A stretch of DNA of 64,000 nucleotides. It comes from Octopus sinensis. Taxonomy: Eukaryota. The stretch covers positions 34,906,001 through 34,970,000 of the forward strand of contig NC_043013.1 of the NCBI RefSeq assembly GCF_006345805.1, written 5' to 3'. The position numbers and the translations under genes are program-made. A model generated the notes under the pieces. It was not told where the DNA came from, searched no databases, and was given only the letters and a program-made list of their open reading frames with translations. Below are positions 23,881-38,345 of this stretch, piece after piece (position 1 is the stretch's first letter; every line of letters begins with the position of its first letter).

Positions 23881-24714
23881 ACCATTCTTAATTACTACTA
23901 ATAATCATTGTCATCATTTTCGTATTTTCTTTTGTTTCTTTTCTTTTTTTGTTACTGATTTGTTTTTGAAAAAGAAATTTCATTTGGTTTCATTTTCTTT
24001 CATTTGATTATTTTCCTAAATTATCAAGCGATCTTTTTGTTACCTGTGTTAGTACTGTGTGCTAAACAGACTCACATTTGTAACGTAGATTAAATTGAAA
24101 CAAAACATCCCCACCTCTTTATATTTATTTACTCATTTATTTATTTATTTAGTGTCTTATTTGCTATTTGTTTATTTATTTCCAGCCTGTGAACAATGTA
24201 AAGGAAAAAAAAATAATAGAAGAAAATTATCAGGAAATAAAACCCCGAGAAATCTCATAAAAAGCTAAGTTGAAAATAAAAATACTTCAAAAAGTATTGT
24301 AATGAGAAAAATTAAAAGGATACCGGGTGCAAGATGCGTTTGAAGACATATTTGGTTAAAGTCAAGCTGCTCTCCATCTGTCAGTCTGTCTGTCTGTCCA
24401 TCACAACATAAATGTAGAAGGAGGGAAGAAGGGAAAGAAGAAAAAGTTGTTGTTGCTGTGAGAGAAATATACTTTGAGAGAAAAAGAGAGAATGCATGAA
24501 AGATAAATAGCTAGGTAGTGTTGTCACCATAGTAAGTAACAAGTTTTGATTAAAAACACAGGAATTGTAATTGCAAGTCTGTTGACAACAAATATTTTTA
24601 CGGTTAGCATAGCAATGAGTAATGATCTAATTAAATTAAACAACTCTAATTCACCAAAAACCAAATGTATTTTAATGAAAATGAGTGCACCAATTCTTGA
24701 TAAGATTTCTTCAT

Positions 24715-25175
24715 AAATTATTTGATGGCTCTAACTTCTGCTTGAATGACTGCTTTAATATTAGACAGGAATTGTTAACATACATGCACTAAATGGTATG
24801 TATTGATTCAGACATCATCTAGATAATGATGGTCTTCAGGGAAGCTATGGTACTGGGTAGATGTCAATTACTCTCCCTTTCAAAAGTGTTCCAACTGTAA
24901 TAGTTTATGAGATTTAAATCTGATAAGTTTGGAGGCACTACGTTTGGTGTTACACAATTGTAAGGATTGTCTGACATCCATACTTGGGTTTCACAGGCCT
25001 TGGGAGAAGCTGTTGAGTTTTGTTGAAACACATATTGCTTTCCACTGCATACTTCATCCATCTAGGGATTAACAACTGTCTTCAGCAGCATTCATTTTAT
25101 CCATGTGGAAAGATGAGAGGTAACATGGCATGACGTTTGTTGCTCACCCCTCTTAAAACTTAGAGTGCATCACCC
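24715..25175 (-). pseudogene. Tc1/mariner-superfamily transposase relic (C-terminal DDD domain)
   Basis: ORF 24864..25061 YVFQQNS..ETQVWMSDN..VPPNLSDLNLINYYSW..ERESN resembles the YVFQQD..WPPNSPDLNPLDY.VW motif; downstream IKAVIQAEVRAIK* resembles the IEAVIEAEGG.IE* terminus. Confidence 0.8.
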
Positions 25176-25184
25176 TGGGAACAT

Positions 25185-25538
25185 ACTCTCTCTTTACTTG
25201 TTTCAGTCATTTCACTGCAGCCATGCTGGAGCAATGCCTTTAGTCGAGAAAATCGACTCCAGGACTTATTCTTTGTAAGCCCTAGTACTTATTCTACCAG
25301 TCTCTTTTGCCGAACCACTAAATTATGGGGACGTAAACATACCAGCATCGGTTGTCAAGCGATGTTGGGGGGACAAACACATATACACTCACATACATAC
25401 ATTTTCTGTCTATCAAATCCACTCACAAGGCTTTGGTCGGCTTGATACTATAGTAGAAGACACTTGCCCAAGGTGCCACACAGTGGGACTGAACCTGGAA
25501 CCATGTGGCTGGTAAGCAAGCTACTTACCACATAGCCA
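25185..25538 (-). mobile_element. SINE family A
   Basis: Reverse-complement match to the family. Confidence 0.88.
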
Positions 25539-25739
25539 TAAGTATTTAGACAAACCATTTGTCAGTTTTTGTTAGACTTTTGTTGTCTAGATTAAAATCT
25601 TTCTTGTCAAGGAAGAACCAAAACATACCAGTTTCTGTCAACCTAACTTACTCACAAAGCATTGGTCAGCCCAGAGCTTTAGAAGATGAAACTTAACCCA
25701 AGGTGCCATAGAGTGGAATTGAACCTGCCGAAGATTAGA

Positions 25740-26110
25740 GTGTCTATGTGAGTGCTTGACCAGCTGAAAATAGCAACTAAATCTCCTTCAAATTATAACA
25801 CATTTGTTGTTCAAAGAGAAAGAACAGATTGAATAATGTTGATCTGCTCATTAAATAAGACAACATGCTTGAGAAAATAATGATATGGTCAGAAATGGAA
25901 GGCCTTTGATCATAGATCATAGGTCTGCTTGATTAAGGCTCATCTAGAAAAAATAACAGCTAAATTTCTCTCACATCACATTCAACCATCTTGAATAAAT
26001 ATGGAGGCACTGAATAATCCCTGATGCTCAAGTAGACATGATTTTCATAGTTAGAATATCTTTAGTGAAGTCTGTTCTATAAAGCCTGACCTGGGGTTAA
26101 ACAACAGCAA
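25740..26110 (+). mobile_element. Old SINE-like repeat family with (AAC)n tail (related copies near 33372-33900 and 63715-63980 on the minus strand)
   Basis: Shared tttgatcatag..gtctgcttgat..ctgacctggggttaaacaac motifs. Confidence 0.5.
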
Positions 26111-26209
26111 CACCGATACAGGTTGTTTTTTCTTTTTCTCTATTCTCGAGTCTATCTATTGATAGATGAATGGTTCAATTATTTTATATTTTATTATTAG
26201 AGGTATCCT

Positions 26210-26990
26210 AAGGTGGTGAGCTGGCAGAATCGTTAGCATGCTGGGGGAAATGCTTCATGGTATTCTGCCGTTACGTTCCGAGTTCAAATTCTGCCGAGGT
26301 CGACTTTGCCTTTCATCCTTTCGGGGTCAATAAATAAAGTACCAGTTATGCACTGGGCTCGATGTAATCGACTTAATCCCTTTGTCAGTCCTTGTTTGTC
26401 CCCTCTATGTGGCTCCTTGTGGGCAATAAAGAAATAGGCATTTTGCCTGTAGCTATGATCTGAGGCTGACTTCACCTTTCATCCTTTCAGGGTCGATAAA
26501 TTAAGTACCAGTGAAACACTGGGGTCGATGTAATCGACTGGTCCTTGCCCCACAAAATTTCAGGCCTTGTGCTTTTAGTATAAAGGATTATTGGAGGTAT
26601 CTTAAAGCAGTTAACATGCTAGACATAATGCTCAACAGCATTTCATCAATCTTTATGTTCTGAGTTCAAATTCCACCAAGTTATATACTGGTTCCGATCT
26701 AATCGACTGGCTCCCTCCTCACAAATTTTGGGCCTTGTGCAAAGAGCAGAAAAGAATATTAAACTGTCTTAGGGTGTTGAGCTGACAGAAATGTTGGCAC
26801 ACTGGTCAAAATGCTTAGCAGTATTTCCCCTGTTTTTACTTTTTGAGTTCGAATTCTGCCAAGGTTGACTTTGCCTTTCGTCCTTTCAGATTCGATAAAT
26901 TAAGTACCAGTTGCATACTGGGTCAATGTAATTGACTGGCACCCCTCCCCCAAAATTTCAACCTTTGTGCCTAGAGTAGAAAAGAATATC
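26210..26990 (+). mobile_element. Four head-to-tail SINE family B copies
   Basis: The first copy is near-intact (A-box-like tggcagaatcg, B-box gttcaaattc); the core recurs at about 26460, 26650 and 26850. Confidence 0.88.
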
Positions 26991-28325
26991 AAGACACTCA
27001 CACACACACACACACACATATGGTGGGCTTCTTTCAGTTTCCCATCTACCAAACTTACAATGTTTTGGTCAGCCTGAGGTTAAAGCAGAAGGCACTGCTT
27101 CAAGGTGCCAAGCAGTGGAACTGAACCAAAAACCATGTAGATGGGAAGCATGTTTCTTTATCACACAGCCACATCACTGTGATGGCAACAATGAAGATGT
27201 TGATGCTTTTGTTATTGTTTAAACCAAAGTCAAACCTAAATATTCCAAACATAACCACCATATCTGTTATAAATATATGTGATATAAGTTCATTAGTTTA
27301 AAATTCTGAAAAAACAAATTGTGTCCTTGTGTCTGTGTTTGGGCCTCACGACTGCTTAACAATTGGTGTTGGTTTGTTTACATCCTATAACTTAGCAGTT
27401 CAGCAAAAGAGACTGATAGAATAAATACCAAGCTTTAAAAGGGAAATGTTCTGGGTACGATTCATTCGACTAGGAATTTTTCAAGGCAGTGCTCCAGCAT
27501 GGCCGTGGTCTAATGACTGAACTGAATGAAAGACAGAAAGAAAGATGCAACCCTAACGTCTTGGCTACCAAGATGAGCGCCATCCAACCGTCCATTCATC
27601 CATCCATCCATCCATCCATTCAACCATTTGCAAGAAGGATTCTTCACAGATAAACCACCAGCATGGAAAACCTGCAAAGTAATGGAAGACAGACTCAGAG
27701 ACTCTAAGACTCATAGGAAAGCAAAGCACACAGTAAAGCTGAAAACTGCTTAAGATTCCGGCATCATAGTCAGTGAACTATAACTTGCTTCATCCATCCT
27801 CAAACAATAATATTTCCAATTAATTTATTCCACAAAATTAAAAGCATACAGGAATCAAAAGCAAATTAATTAGTTTGCCGAACGAGATATGGAACTGTCA
27901 AAACCACTTCTTATTTTACATTGTCTTTCATATTTCAAGTTGATGGCTCATTAGTGCACACCACCTTTCGAAGTTATTGTCGTTAGATGCGAGAGAAATT
28001 ATTCTGCGTGCATGTGTTCACGTTAGTATGTGTGTTGGTGAGTGTGTGTTTGCAGGACACTAGGAAGGGTGACAGAAATGAATAAATCTCCTTCTCTCTG
28101 TGTGAGTGTGTGTGTGTGTGTGTTTGTTGAATAAAGATTTTAGAAGCCAGCTGAAAACATGTGTATCTGGGCACGTAAGAGAAATCACTTAGAATAAAGT
28201 CACAAATTAAGATGTTCTATAATAACGACATTACATACAGATGGTGTGTCTGTTTCTATGTAACTGTAGGAGGTGGTTGATGTGTATTTGTGTATGTGAC
28301 TGTATACTTATCAGCACATATGTAC

Positions 28326-28361
<36 letters not shown>

Positions 28362-28789
28362 GTATGTATGTATGTATGTATAAAAGTGAGAATGTATATC
28401 AATGTGAAGGAATTCATATGAATATTGATGTATATTTCCACTTGTGTGAGTATATGTATCCACATTTGTGTACACATAGATAATATATAAATACATACAT
28501 ACACACACACATACATAGATGCATACATACATACATACATACATATATATATATGAGGGTGTATTATATGCATACACACACACACACACACGCATATATA
28601 CATACATATACATATTTATGCATATGCATACTTATATATAAATACATATATATTTATACTCAAGCACATAAATGTACTGACACCTAAATATTGTTTTACA
28701 CTTTTACTGGTTTCAGTCATTGGACAGCAGCCACCTACTGAATTCTACTCACAATATCTTCAGCCTGAAACTATAAATAGAAGACGCTC

Positions 28790-28900
28790 ACTCAAAGTGT
28801 TGGCCATGCCTCACCGTCTTGCTTTTACCAACATTTTTTACCAAAGTTAAAGTCTCCAAGAATGAAAGAAATGTTAGAACTATATCTATGACATTTCCTG
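28790..28900 (-). mobile_element. LINE apurinic-endonuclease relic
   Basis: One minus-strand frame reads SNISFILGDFN, the APE catalytic GDFN motif, then shifts frame. Confidence 0.5.
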
Positions 28901-29526
28901 CATTAAAGATGGTCTTATAAAAGAGAAAATGGTAAGTCCCAAAAGGCCAGAATAAAGGAACATGAAAACAAAATCTTAATGAGAAATGAAACATCGAAGA
29001 TGAAAATGAAAGTAAATATATATAAGGAAAAAAGAAATCACATTATGCTATGAAATAAAATTTTCCATGATTGATAGAAAAAAATGGCCAGGAAGCAAAT
29101 TTATCAAATTGGTGAAATAGTTCATACAGAGCTTGCAGATAAACCAAATGTTAGTATTGACATTTGTGAAATATGGGAATTGCAGCAGAAATTGTGCAGT
29201 GCCAATGGAACAGTTAAAAGGGACATTACTCTATTTAGGTTCCGGGTTCTTAATTAGTTTCAAGGCTGATAGCAGTAACATATCACCAGATGGAGGATAT
29301 TGTAAATCTACACTGAAAGGAGTATGGTAAATGTCCAGAAAACTCTAAAGTCTTAAAAACGACAAAATATTGGTCTGATGAGCAGTTGGCATTGAAACTT
29401 CAAAGTGATTGACACTGTATTTCTGATTAATAAATTATTCAGGTTCTTCACATGACATGAGACATTTTGCAGCGAATGTTAGTAGTTGTTTGTGATAATT
29501 TGTTTCAATTCTTCTAGCCTTTGGTG

Positions 29527-29527
<1 letters not shown>

Positions 29528-29592
<65 letters not shown>

Positions 29593-29686
29593 GACTTGCC
29601 TGTCTCTCTGTCTATCTATCTATCTACTTACCTGTCTCTCTGTCTATCTATCTATTTGTCTATCTATCTATCTACTTACCTGTCTG

Positions 29687-29748
<62 letters not shown>

Positions 29749-29862
29749 GACTTGCCTGTCTCTCTGTCTATCTATCTATCTACTTACCTGTCTCTCTGTC
29801 TATCTATCTATTTGTCTATCTATCTATCTATTTGTCTATCTATCTATCTACTTACCTGTCTG

Positions 29863-29894
<32 letters not shown>

Positions 29895-29900
29895 CTTACA
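29528..29900. repeat. (ATCT)n compound microsatellite with an internal 156-bp duplication
   Basis: The block tcgacttgcctgtctctctg... occurs at 29591 and 29747. Confidence 0.9.
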
Positions 29901-30424
29901 TGTCTCTCTGTCTTCTTTTTTTCTTCTTCCCCTTTTACGATCCTTTTTTTTTTCTTTCCCCAAAAAAGAAAAGCTCTACTTTGTGATCTATCCCGTCTGT
30001 GTGCAGCCCTGTGTGGCTAATAAAGAAACATATCTATCTACCTACCTACCTACCTACCTACCTACCTACTTACTTGTCTACCTATCTGTCTGTCTGTCTA
30101 TCATTATTTCTATCTGTTTGTTTGTTTGTTTGTCTGACTGTCTGTCTCTCTGTCTATTTGTCTCTCCAAATCTCAGAGATATTCGTGGTTGCAGGCGTAG
30201 CTGTTGGGTTAAGAAATTTACTTCACAACCTTGGAGTCCTAGGTTCACTTCCATTGCATGGAACCTTGGTCAAGTCTCTTCTACTATAGCTCCAGAATGA
30301 ACAAAACTTTGTGAGAAAATTTGGCTGATGTAAACTGAAAAGAAATTCACAAACCATTACTTAAAACATTGCAGTGATTTGAACTCAGAACCATGTCATT
30401 GCAAAGTAACTGTCTTAACTTCTA

Positions 30425-30860
30425 ATAAAGGTTTCTGATTTGTGTACAAAAACAGAAAATTTGAAGGGAGGAGCTTGAGGGAAGTACTTGGCTGGAACTT
30501 TATTTCTGTAAACCTTAGGGGAGACGTTGACTTTGGCAGGATTTGAACTCAGAATGTAAAGGACTGAAAGAAATGCCACAAAGAATTGTTTCGGATGCTC
30601 TAATCATTAGGCCAGCTCTGGCCCTTATTAACTTCTAATCTTTCTTCTATATGCATGAAGCTTGAAATTTTGTGGAAGGGTGGGGCTACGTCAATTACAT
30701 TGAACCCCACTACCTAAGTGTTTCGAGTGGTACTTACTTATTTCCTAAACTCCCCAAAAGAATGAAAAGTGAAGTCGACCTTGATCAAATTTGAACTCAT
30801 GATGTGAAGACAGATGAAAGGCTGCTTAGCATTTTGTCCGGTAGGCTAATAATTCTGCCA
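30425..30860 (-). mobile_element. Two degenerate SINE family B copies
   Basis: gactttggcaggatttgaactc and gaagtcgaccttgatcaaatttgaactc cores. Confidence 0.7.
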
Positions 30861-31001
30861 TCTTCCTGTCTTTTAACTTCTTATAATAATAGGTTATACA
30901 GTTAGGTAGATAAATGCATAAGAGAGCATGTGAGAAGAAGAGTGATGGAGAAAGTAAGAAAGAGAGAGAGAGTGTGTATGTGTATGTAACAGAGTGAGAT
31001 G

Positions 31002-31035
<34 letters not shown>

Positions 31036-31589
31036 AGAGAGAGACGGAAGCAGAGAGAGTGAAAGGGAGGGAGACATTGTGTAATTTAACTTCTTATAAT
31101 AAAAGGTTAGATAAATGTATAAGAGAGCATGTGAGAAGAAGAGTGATAGAGAGAGTAAGAATGAGAGAGAGAGAGAGAGTGTGTGTATAAGAGAGAGACA
31201 GAAGCAGAGAGAGTGAAAGGGTGGAGACATTGTGTAATTTAACTCCGGCTACAAGTTCCATGCATGGTTGAATCACACTATTGACCATTATATGACTTAA
31301 TTCCAATCAGGTATGCGCACACACATACACAGGTGTACGTATATGCATATATACACACAGGTGCATATACATACATGCATGAAGACATAGACGAAATGTT
31401 TTGGTATTGGCCTGGGTGATTGGCGGTTGCGGTGTTGGGGTTGGGGGTTGGGGGGTAGATTTCATACCTTTAATTTAGCTTCCATTGTACCTGCACCATC
31501 TCTGCTACAGGTGACATCATTACCATTACTAATACCTATTCTGATAATACTGATATCACAGATACTACGGTTATCGCCATGAGATACTA

Positions 31590-32540
31590 ATGCTACCACC
31601 CTTCGCTGGCACTACCACTGAACACTCCACCACCACCACCACCAGCACTAACAACAACAACAATAACAAGGACAACAACAACAACAATGACAATACTGTC
31701 ACCATCACCACCACCACCACCACCACCACCACCATCACCATCAGCACCAACAGCAACAGTACCTCCACTCAACCCCACTACCACCACCACCACTACCACA
31801 ATCACTACCAACAACAGTACACCCACTCACCCCTCCCACCACCACCACTACTATCACTGCCACCCTCACCACTACCACCACTACCACCATCACTACCATT
31901 ACCACAGTACCACCACCACTACCATTACGACCACAACCACTACCACCATCACTGCCAGCATCACCACCACCACAACCACCACTACAACCCACAACAGTAC
32001 CACCACCACCACCACCACCATCACCACTACGACCACCACCACTACCACCATCACTACTACTACTACTACCACTACTACTGCCAACAGTACCTCCAACAGT
32101 ACCACCACCACCACCACCACCACCATCACCACCACCACCACTATCACTACCACCATCTTCATCACCATCACCACCAGCATCACTGCTACTGCCACCACCA
32201 CCACTGCAGCCATCGCTACCACCCCCCACCATCACTGCCACGACACCACTGCCTTCACCACCGCCACCCCTACAGCCACCATACCCATGACTATAAAAGC
32301 AACCCCTTCTACCGCCACTGCCAGAGCTGCTACCACCACATCTGCCACTAAACCTACCAACCCCACCAATACCACCACCACCACCACCACCACCACCTCA
32401 TCCTCCTCGACCAACACCATGACCGACGACAACACCCACCACCACTACCACCACTCTTAACCAATTCCTGTATTACCGCCACTTTCAAAACTACTACGAC
32501 AACCACAACCGCCACCACTACCACCACTACCACCACCACT
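31590..32540. repeat. Degenerate (ACC/ACT)n low-complexity tract
   Basis: Direct reading; the triplet register shifts several times, giving His/Thr/Pro-rich pseudo-ORFs. Confidence 0.85.
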
Positions 32541-32734
32541 CACATCTGTTGCAGCAACTTGACTTGCTAATGTGCATATTTGTTGCAAATACATTTGCGG
32601 ACTTTTAATCACAGCACATAGGAATGTCATGCGTATGTATATGTAAGGGTCTTGTGACAGTAGGCATATATGCTTCTACGCGTCTGCATGTGTTCCTCTC
32701 TATGTATATGTAGGTATGTATGTTTGTCTGTCCA

Positions 32735-33285
32735 TATGCATGTATGTATGTATGTATGTATGTATGTATGTATGTGTGTATGTGTGTATGTATGTATGTA
32801 TGTATGCATGTATGTATGTATGTATGTATGTATGTATGTATGTATGTATGTATGTATGTATGTGTGTATGTATGTATGTATGTATGTATGTATGTATGTA
32901 TGTATGTATGCATGCATGCATGCATGTATGTATGTATGTGTGTATGTATGTATGTATGTATGAATGTATGTATGTATGTATGCATGTATGTATGTATGTG
33001 TGTATGTATGTATGTATGTATGCATGCATGCATGTATGTATGTATGTATGTATGTATGTATGTATGTATGTGTGTGTGTATGTATGTATGTATGTATGTA
33101 TGTATGTATGTGTGTATGTATGTATGTATGTATGTATGTATGTATGTATGTATGTACCTATGTATGTATGTATGTATGTATGTATGCATGTATGTATGTA
33201 TGTATGTGTGTATGTATGTGTGTATGTATGTGTGTATGTATGTATGTATGTGTATGTATGTATGTATGTATGTATGTGTGTATAT
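32735..33285. repeat. (TATG)n microsatellite
   Basis: Direct reading; explains the MYVC/HTYI ORFs. Confidence 0.95.
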
Positions 33286-33602
33286 ATGTGTAGGTCGTCA
33301 GGTATGTACATTGATATGTTTGTATGTCTGTGTGTGAATGTGTATGATCATATGCATATGTGTTTTGTTCTTGTTGTTTAGCCCCTGGTCAGTACTGACT
33401 GAGTAGCCTTGTTATCAAAAAGTAGTCCAAATGTGGCCATCCCTTCATTTCGTTGATGCAACAAAGTAACCCAGAGCGACTAGTTTGTCATTTTCAAAAC
33501 CAGTACCCTGGGATTTGAAGAGATTTGGCTGTTATTTCTAAGAGGACGGGTGTGCAGTTGTTTGTATGTGTTCACATGCATTAATGTGCATGTGTATGTG
33601 TG

Positions 33603-33676
<74 letters not shown>

Positions 33677-34165
33677 CATGTGTCTGCATTTATGTCTATG
33701 TCAGTGTACCTGTGTGAATTTGTTTAGCAAGATATTAACACTGATACTTGTTGAAGATCAAAGTCCTTCCAGCCATGACCATCTTGTCTCTTCAGTTACA
33801 TATCACCACGTTAAAAGTGGTGGCTCCTTCCATTTCGAAGTCAGTGAAATGTGATTCAAGAGAGATTTAGCTGCTCTTTACAGCAGGTCAAGCTACCACC
33901 TAAAAATTTCCCTTACATGAGTGCCAATATATGTTTGTCTCTATGTGCATGTGACTATGTGTGTGTGTGTGTATGGTTAGGTGTATGAGTAAATACATGT
34001 TGGTCAGTATTTAGTCATACAAGTTCATGTATGTATAAACTTGTGTATGTTGAGATATATACACACACACACACACATATATATACATATATATATATAT
34101 ATACACATATATACATATATTTATACACACATATGCATATATACATAGAAGTACATATATATATC

Positions 34166-34210
<45 letters not shown>

Positions 34211-34262
34211 TATATGCATGTATCTATAGATAGACAGACAGACAGATAGATAGATAGATATT

Positions 34263-34356
34263 GTGGCACTTTGAGCAAGTGTCTTCTGCTATAACCTAAG
34301 GCTGAGCAAGGCCTTATGAGTGGATTTGGTAGGTGGAAACTGAAAGAAGCCCGTCG

Positions 34357-34403
<47 letters not shown>

Positions 34404-34618
34404 GTTCAAATGTGGGTCTGTGTTTGTCTCCCCATCATCACTTGACAACCTATATTGATGTGCTTACGTCCCTGTAATTTGATGGTTCAGCAAAAGTGAC
34501 CGATAGTATAAGTACCAGGCTTACAAAGAATGTGGTCTGGAGTTGATTTGTTTGACGAAAGGCATTGTTCCAACATGGCCACAATCAAATTACTGAAGCA
34601 AGTAAAAGAATAAAAGAA
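34263..34618 (+). mobile_element. SINE family A (head truncated)
   Basis: Match from gtggcactttgagcaagtgtcttc to the agtaaaagaataaaaga tail. Confidence 0.85.
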
Positions 34619-34646
34619 TATGTATATATATATCATTCTACATTTA

Positions 34647-34694
<48 letters not shown>

Positions 34695-34869
34695 TGTGTG
34701 TATATGTGTATGTGTGTATGTATATAAGTGCAATGGCTGCATGGCTGCTGGTGGAAGTATTTATATTTGTATATGAGTTTATTTATGCATATATATGTAG
34801 GCTAGTATATATTTGTGCATGTATTTATCTATATATATGTATATGTGTGTATATTGGAATATACATACA

Positions 34870-34917
<48 letters not shown>

Positions 34918-34962
34918 GTGTATGTATATATATATATATTATATATATATAATATATATATT

Positions 34963-35352
34963 AGCTTGCTAACAAACCACATGGTTCCGGGTTCAGTCCC
35001 ACTGCGTGGCACTTTGGGCAAGTGTCTTCTGCTATACCCCCGGGCCGACCAATGCCTTGTGATTGGATTTGGTAGACGGAAACTGAAAGAAGCCTGTCGT
35101 ATATATGTATATATATATATATATGTATGTATGTTTGTTTGTGTGTCTGTGTTTGTCCCCCTAGCATTGCTTGACAACCAATGCTGGTGTGTTTACATCA
35201 CCGTCACTTAGCGGTTCGGCAAAAAGAGACCGATAGGATAAGTACTGGGCTTACAAAAAGAATAAGTCCCGGGGGTCGATGTGCTCGATTAAAGGCGGTG
35301 CTCCAGCATGGCCGCAGTCAAATGACTGAAACAAGTAAAAGAGTAAAAGAGA
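34963..35352 (+). mobile_element. SINE family A (young, first bases missing)
   Basis: Near-identical to 4049-4468. Confidence 0.9.
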
Positions 35353-35383
35353 GTATATATATATATATATATGTATGTATGTG

Positions 35384-35447
<64 letters not shown>

Positions 35448-35911
35448 GCTGTTTATACATGAGTTGTCTACACATGTGATTGTGTATGCATAAGCACAGC
35501 CGTGCATGTATTGGTTAACATTATATACTCATGCATCTGTTTATCTATGTGTATACTCGTGTATGTACTTCATGTGTTGTTTGTGTGATTATGCATGTAT
35601 ATATGCGTTAGCGTTTCTGTTAGACCACACCGATAACACTCAACTCAACATCATGGAGCCTGAAATATTTCCCTAATAAGTAATTAGTCACCTAATCTCA
35701 ATAGAGACACACAGCTTCAGTGGATGATGTATGCGTAGCATCACTCCACCCACGCCAACCTCTTCTCCACTCTTCTCCGACTTCACTGCACCCCACCGCA
35801 CCCGCCCGCCTCTCCAACCTCGTTGCTTACCTGGTCTGATAACGCATCATAGCTCACTGTTGCAGTTTATATACATATTCACATGCACTTACATATACAA
35901 ACATATATGTG

Positions 35912-35944
<33 letters not shown>

Positions 35945-36142
35945 TGTGTGTGTGTGTGTTTGTATGTATACATGTATTTATATATACATATATATATATA
36001 TATATGAATATATATATATATATATATATGCATAAATATATATGTATATATATATGTATAAATATGTATATACATATATGTATATATATATGCATATATA
36101 TATGTATGTATATATATATGTATATATATATATATGTATATA

Positions 36143-36228
<86 letters not shown>

Positions 36229-36715
36229 AGAAGTTATGCATATTATATATTATATGTGTGTGTATGTGTGTTGTACATACCAATATACATAAATGCTCAT
36301 ACGTATATACATATAGCTGCATAGATACATACATATAGTAACGGACACAATTATGTATGCATGCACTAAAAAAAATGACAAACATACATTCAGATACATT
36401 CATGTATACTCCTATGCACACACACACACTTGCATACACAAATTAATACATACATATATTATAAATTATTATACGTGTTCATCCACAAAATCTACCTATT
36501 TAATATGATATTCTCTGAAGATTGTCTTCAGCTACACACTCATATGTAAATGAATATGTGTGCATCTGTTTGTGTGTATGTGTATGTATATATATTGAAC
36601 ACACACATGTACATTTACATACGTATACATATATATAAATACACAGACACACACAAATATATATAGAGAGAAAGAGAATAAGAGAGATAGATACATACAT
36701 GCATGCATAGACATC

Positions 36716-36720
36716 GATAA

Positions 36721-36751
<31 letters not shown>

Positions 36752-36842
36752 GGTAAATAGATAGATAGATCGATAAAAAGATAGGTAGACAGATAGATAG
36801 ATTGATAGATAGATGAAAAATAGGTAGGTAGATAGATAGAGT

Positions 36843-36919
<77 letters not shown>

Positions 36920-36961
36920 AATAGATAGAGAGATAGATAAATAGATAAATAGATAGATATT

Positions 36962-36992
<31 letters not shown>

Positions 36993-37012
36993 GTAGATAA
37001 ATAGATAGATAT

Positions 37013-37083
<71 letters not shown>

Positions 37084-37164
37084 AATAGATAGATAGATAG
37101 ATAAATAGATAAATAGATAGATATTTAGATAAATAGATAGATAGATAGATAGATAGGTAGATAA

Positions 37165-37212
<48 letters not shown>

Positions 37213-37230
37213 AAAGATAGATAGACAGAC
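36716..37230. repeat. (ATAG)n microsatellite
   Basis: Direct reading. Confidence 0.95.
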
Positions 37231-37931
37231 AGAAACATGCTCATATACATACATATAAAGAGAAACATAGTATTGAAAACACACCTTGAAGAGAGAGGGG
37301 ATGTTTTTGTAAAGGTGCATATTTATATCTGTGTAACTATCTATGCATATGTGTGCATGTGTGTGCATAAAGACAATATCAAACACATCCAGACCAATAA
37401 CCTTTTACTTACAACACATCAATGAACACTAATAGAACACATGCACAATTTGTATGCATTAATCACATACACATACACACATACACACACATGTACACAT
37501 ACACACACACACACACACACACATACATACACCATATACTACCTCCATGACAGCCCCTTCATTATCATCATTATCACAGTCATAATCATCATCATCATCA
37601 TCATCATCACCATCATCGTCGTTGTCGTCGTCGTCGCCATCAACGCCACCAGCGAGCATGCCTTCTCGCACACGCTTCAGTCTGAGGCCTGAGGCTAAGT
37701 TTTTCTGCGCCTCTCAGGCAAAAACTTGGCCACTTGTCTAATTGCTCTGCTACACTGTTTACCGATTCCATTAAAGTGGAAATAATGGTTTATCAGTGAA
37801 AATCAAATATTTTCACCATTAACATAGGACACACACAATTACATATTAGCCAGACCCACACCTTCCCATACACACATATAAACTTTATAGACATGCTTGT
37901 ATATATGTATGTATATATAAACATATACATG

Positions 37932-37993
<62 letters not shown>

Positions 37994-38029
37994 GCATATG
38001 CATATATATTTATACATATATCATGTATA

Positions 38030-38083
<54 letters not shown>

Positions 38084-38244
38084 CATAAATACATACATAC
38101 TCATCTATGTCTTTCCCTATACATACTTATACAATTACATGTGTGTGTATATGTTTGTGTGTGTGTGTGTGTGTCTATATATAAGTATGTAACTATATAT
38201 ATCTATGAAACTATATCCGTTGTGTGTATGCATACATGGATATG

Positions 38245-38345
<101 letters not shown>

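Noticed and set aside
24186-24359. 12-nt micro-exon candidate and the short peptide KGYRVQDAFEDIFG*
   Set aside because: The donor and acceptor are weak, there is an in-frame stop a few codons upstream, and I recognise no homologue.
28788-28994. ORF containing NVIDIVLTFLSFLE, resembling an ion-channel S3 helix, with a good acceptor upstream
   Set aside because: It lacks the conserved Trp and any S4 arginine repeat. An overlapping frame has FILGDFN, the LINE endonuclease motif, which explains the segment more simply.
29365-29420. CUGAUGA...GAAAC string
   Set aside because: Stem II does not pair and the cleavage triplet would be GUG.
31590-32460. 250-aa His/Thr/Pro-rich mucin-like ORFs
   Set aside because: (ACC/ACT)n lacks stops in several frames, and the triplet register shifts along the tract. 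Similar tracts occur at 10420-10830 and 57180-57370.
32605-33381. Long ORFs such as MYVC.../HTYI... (also all [12 protein letters not shown] and HHHH ORFs)
   Set aside because: These are translations of microsatellites.
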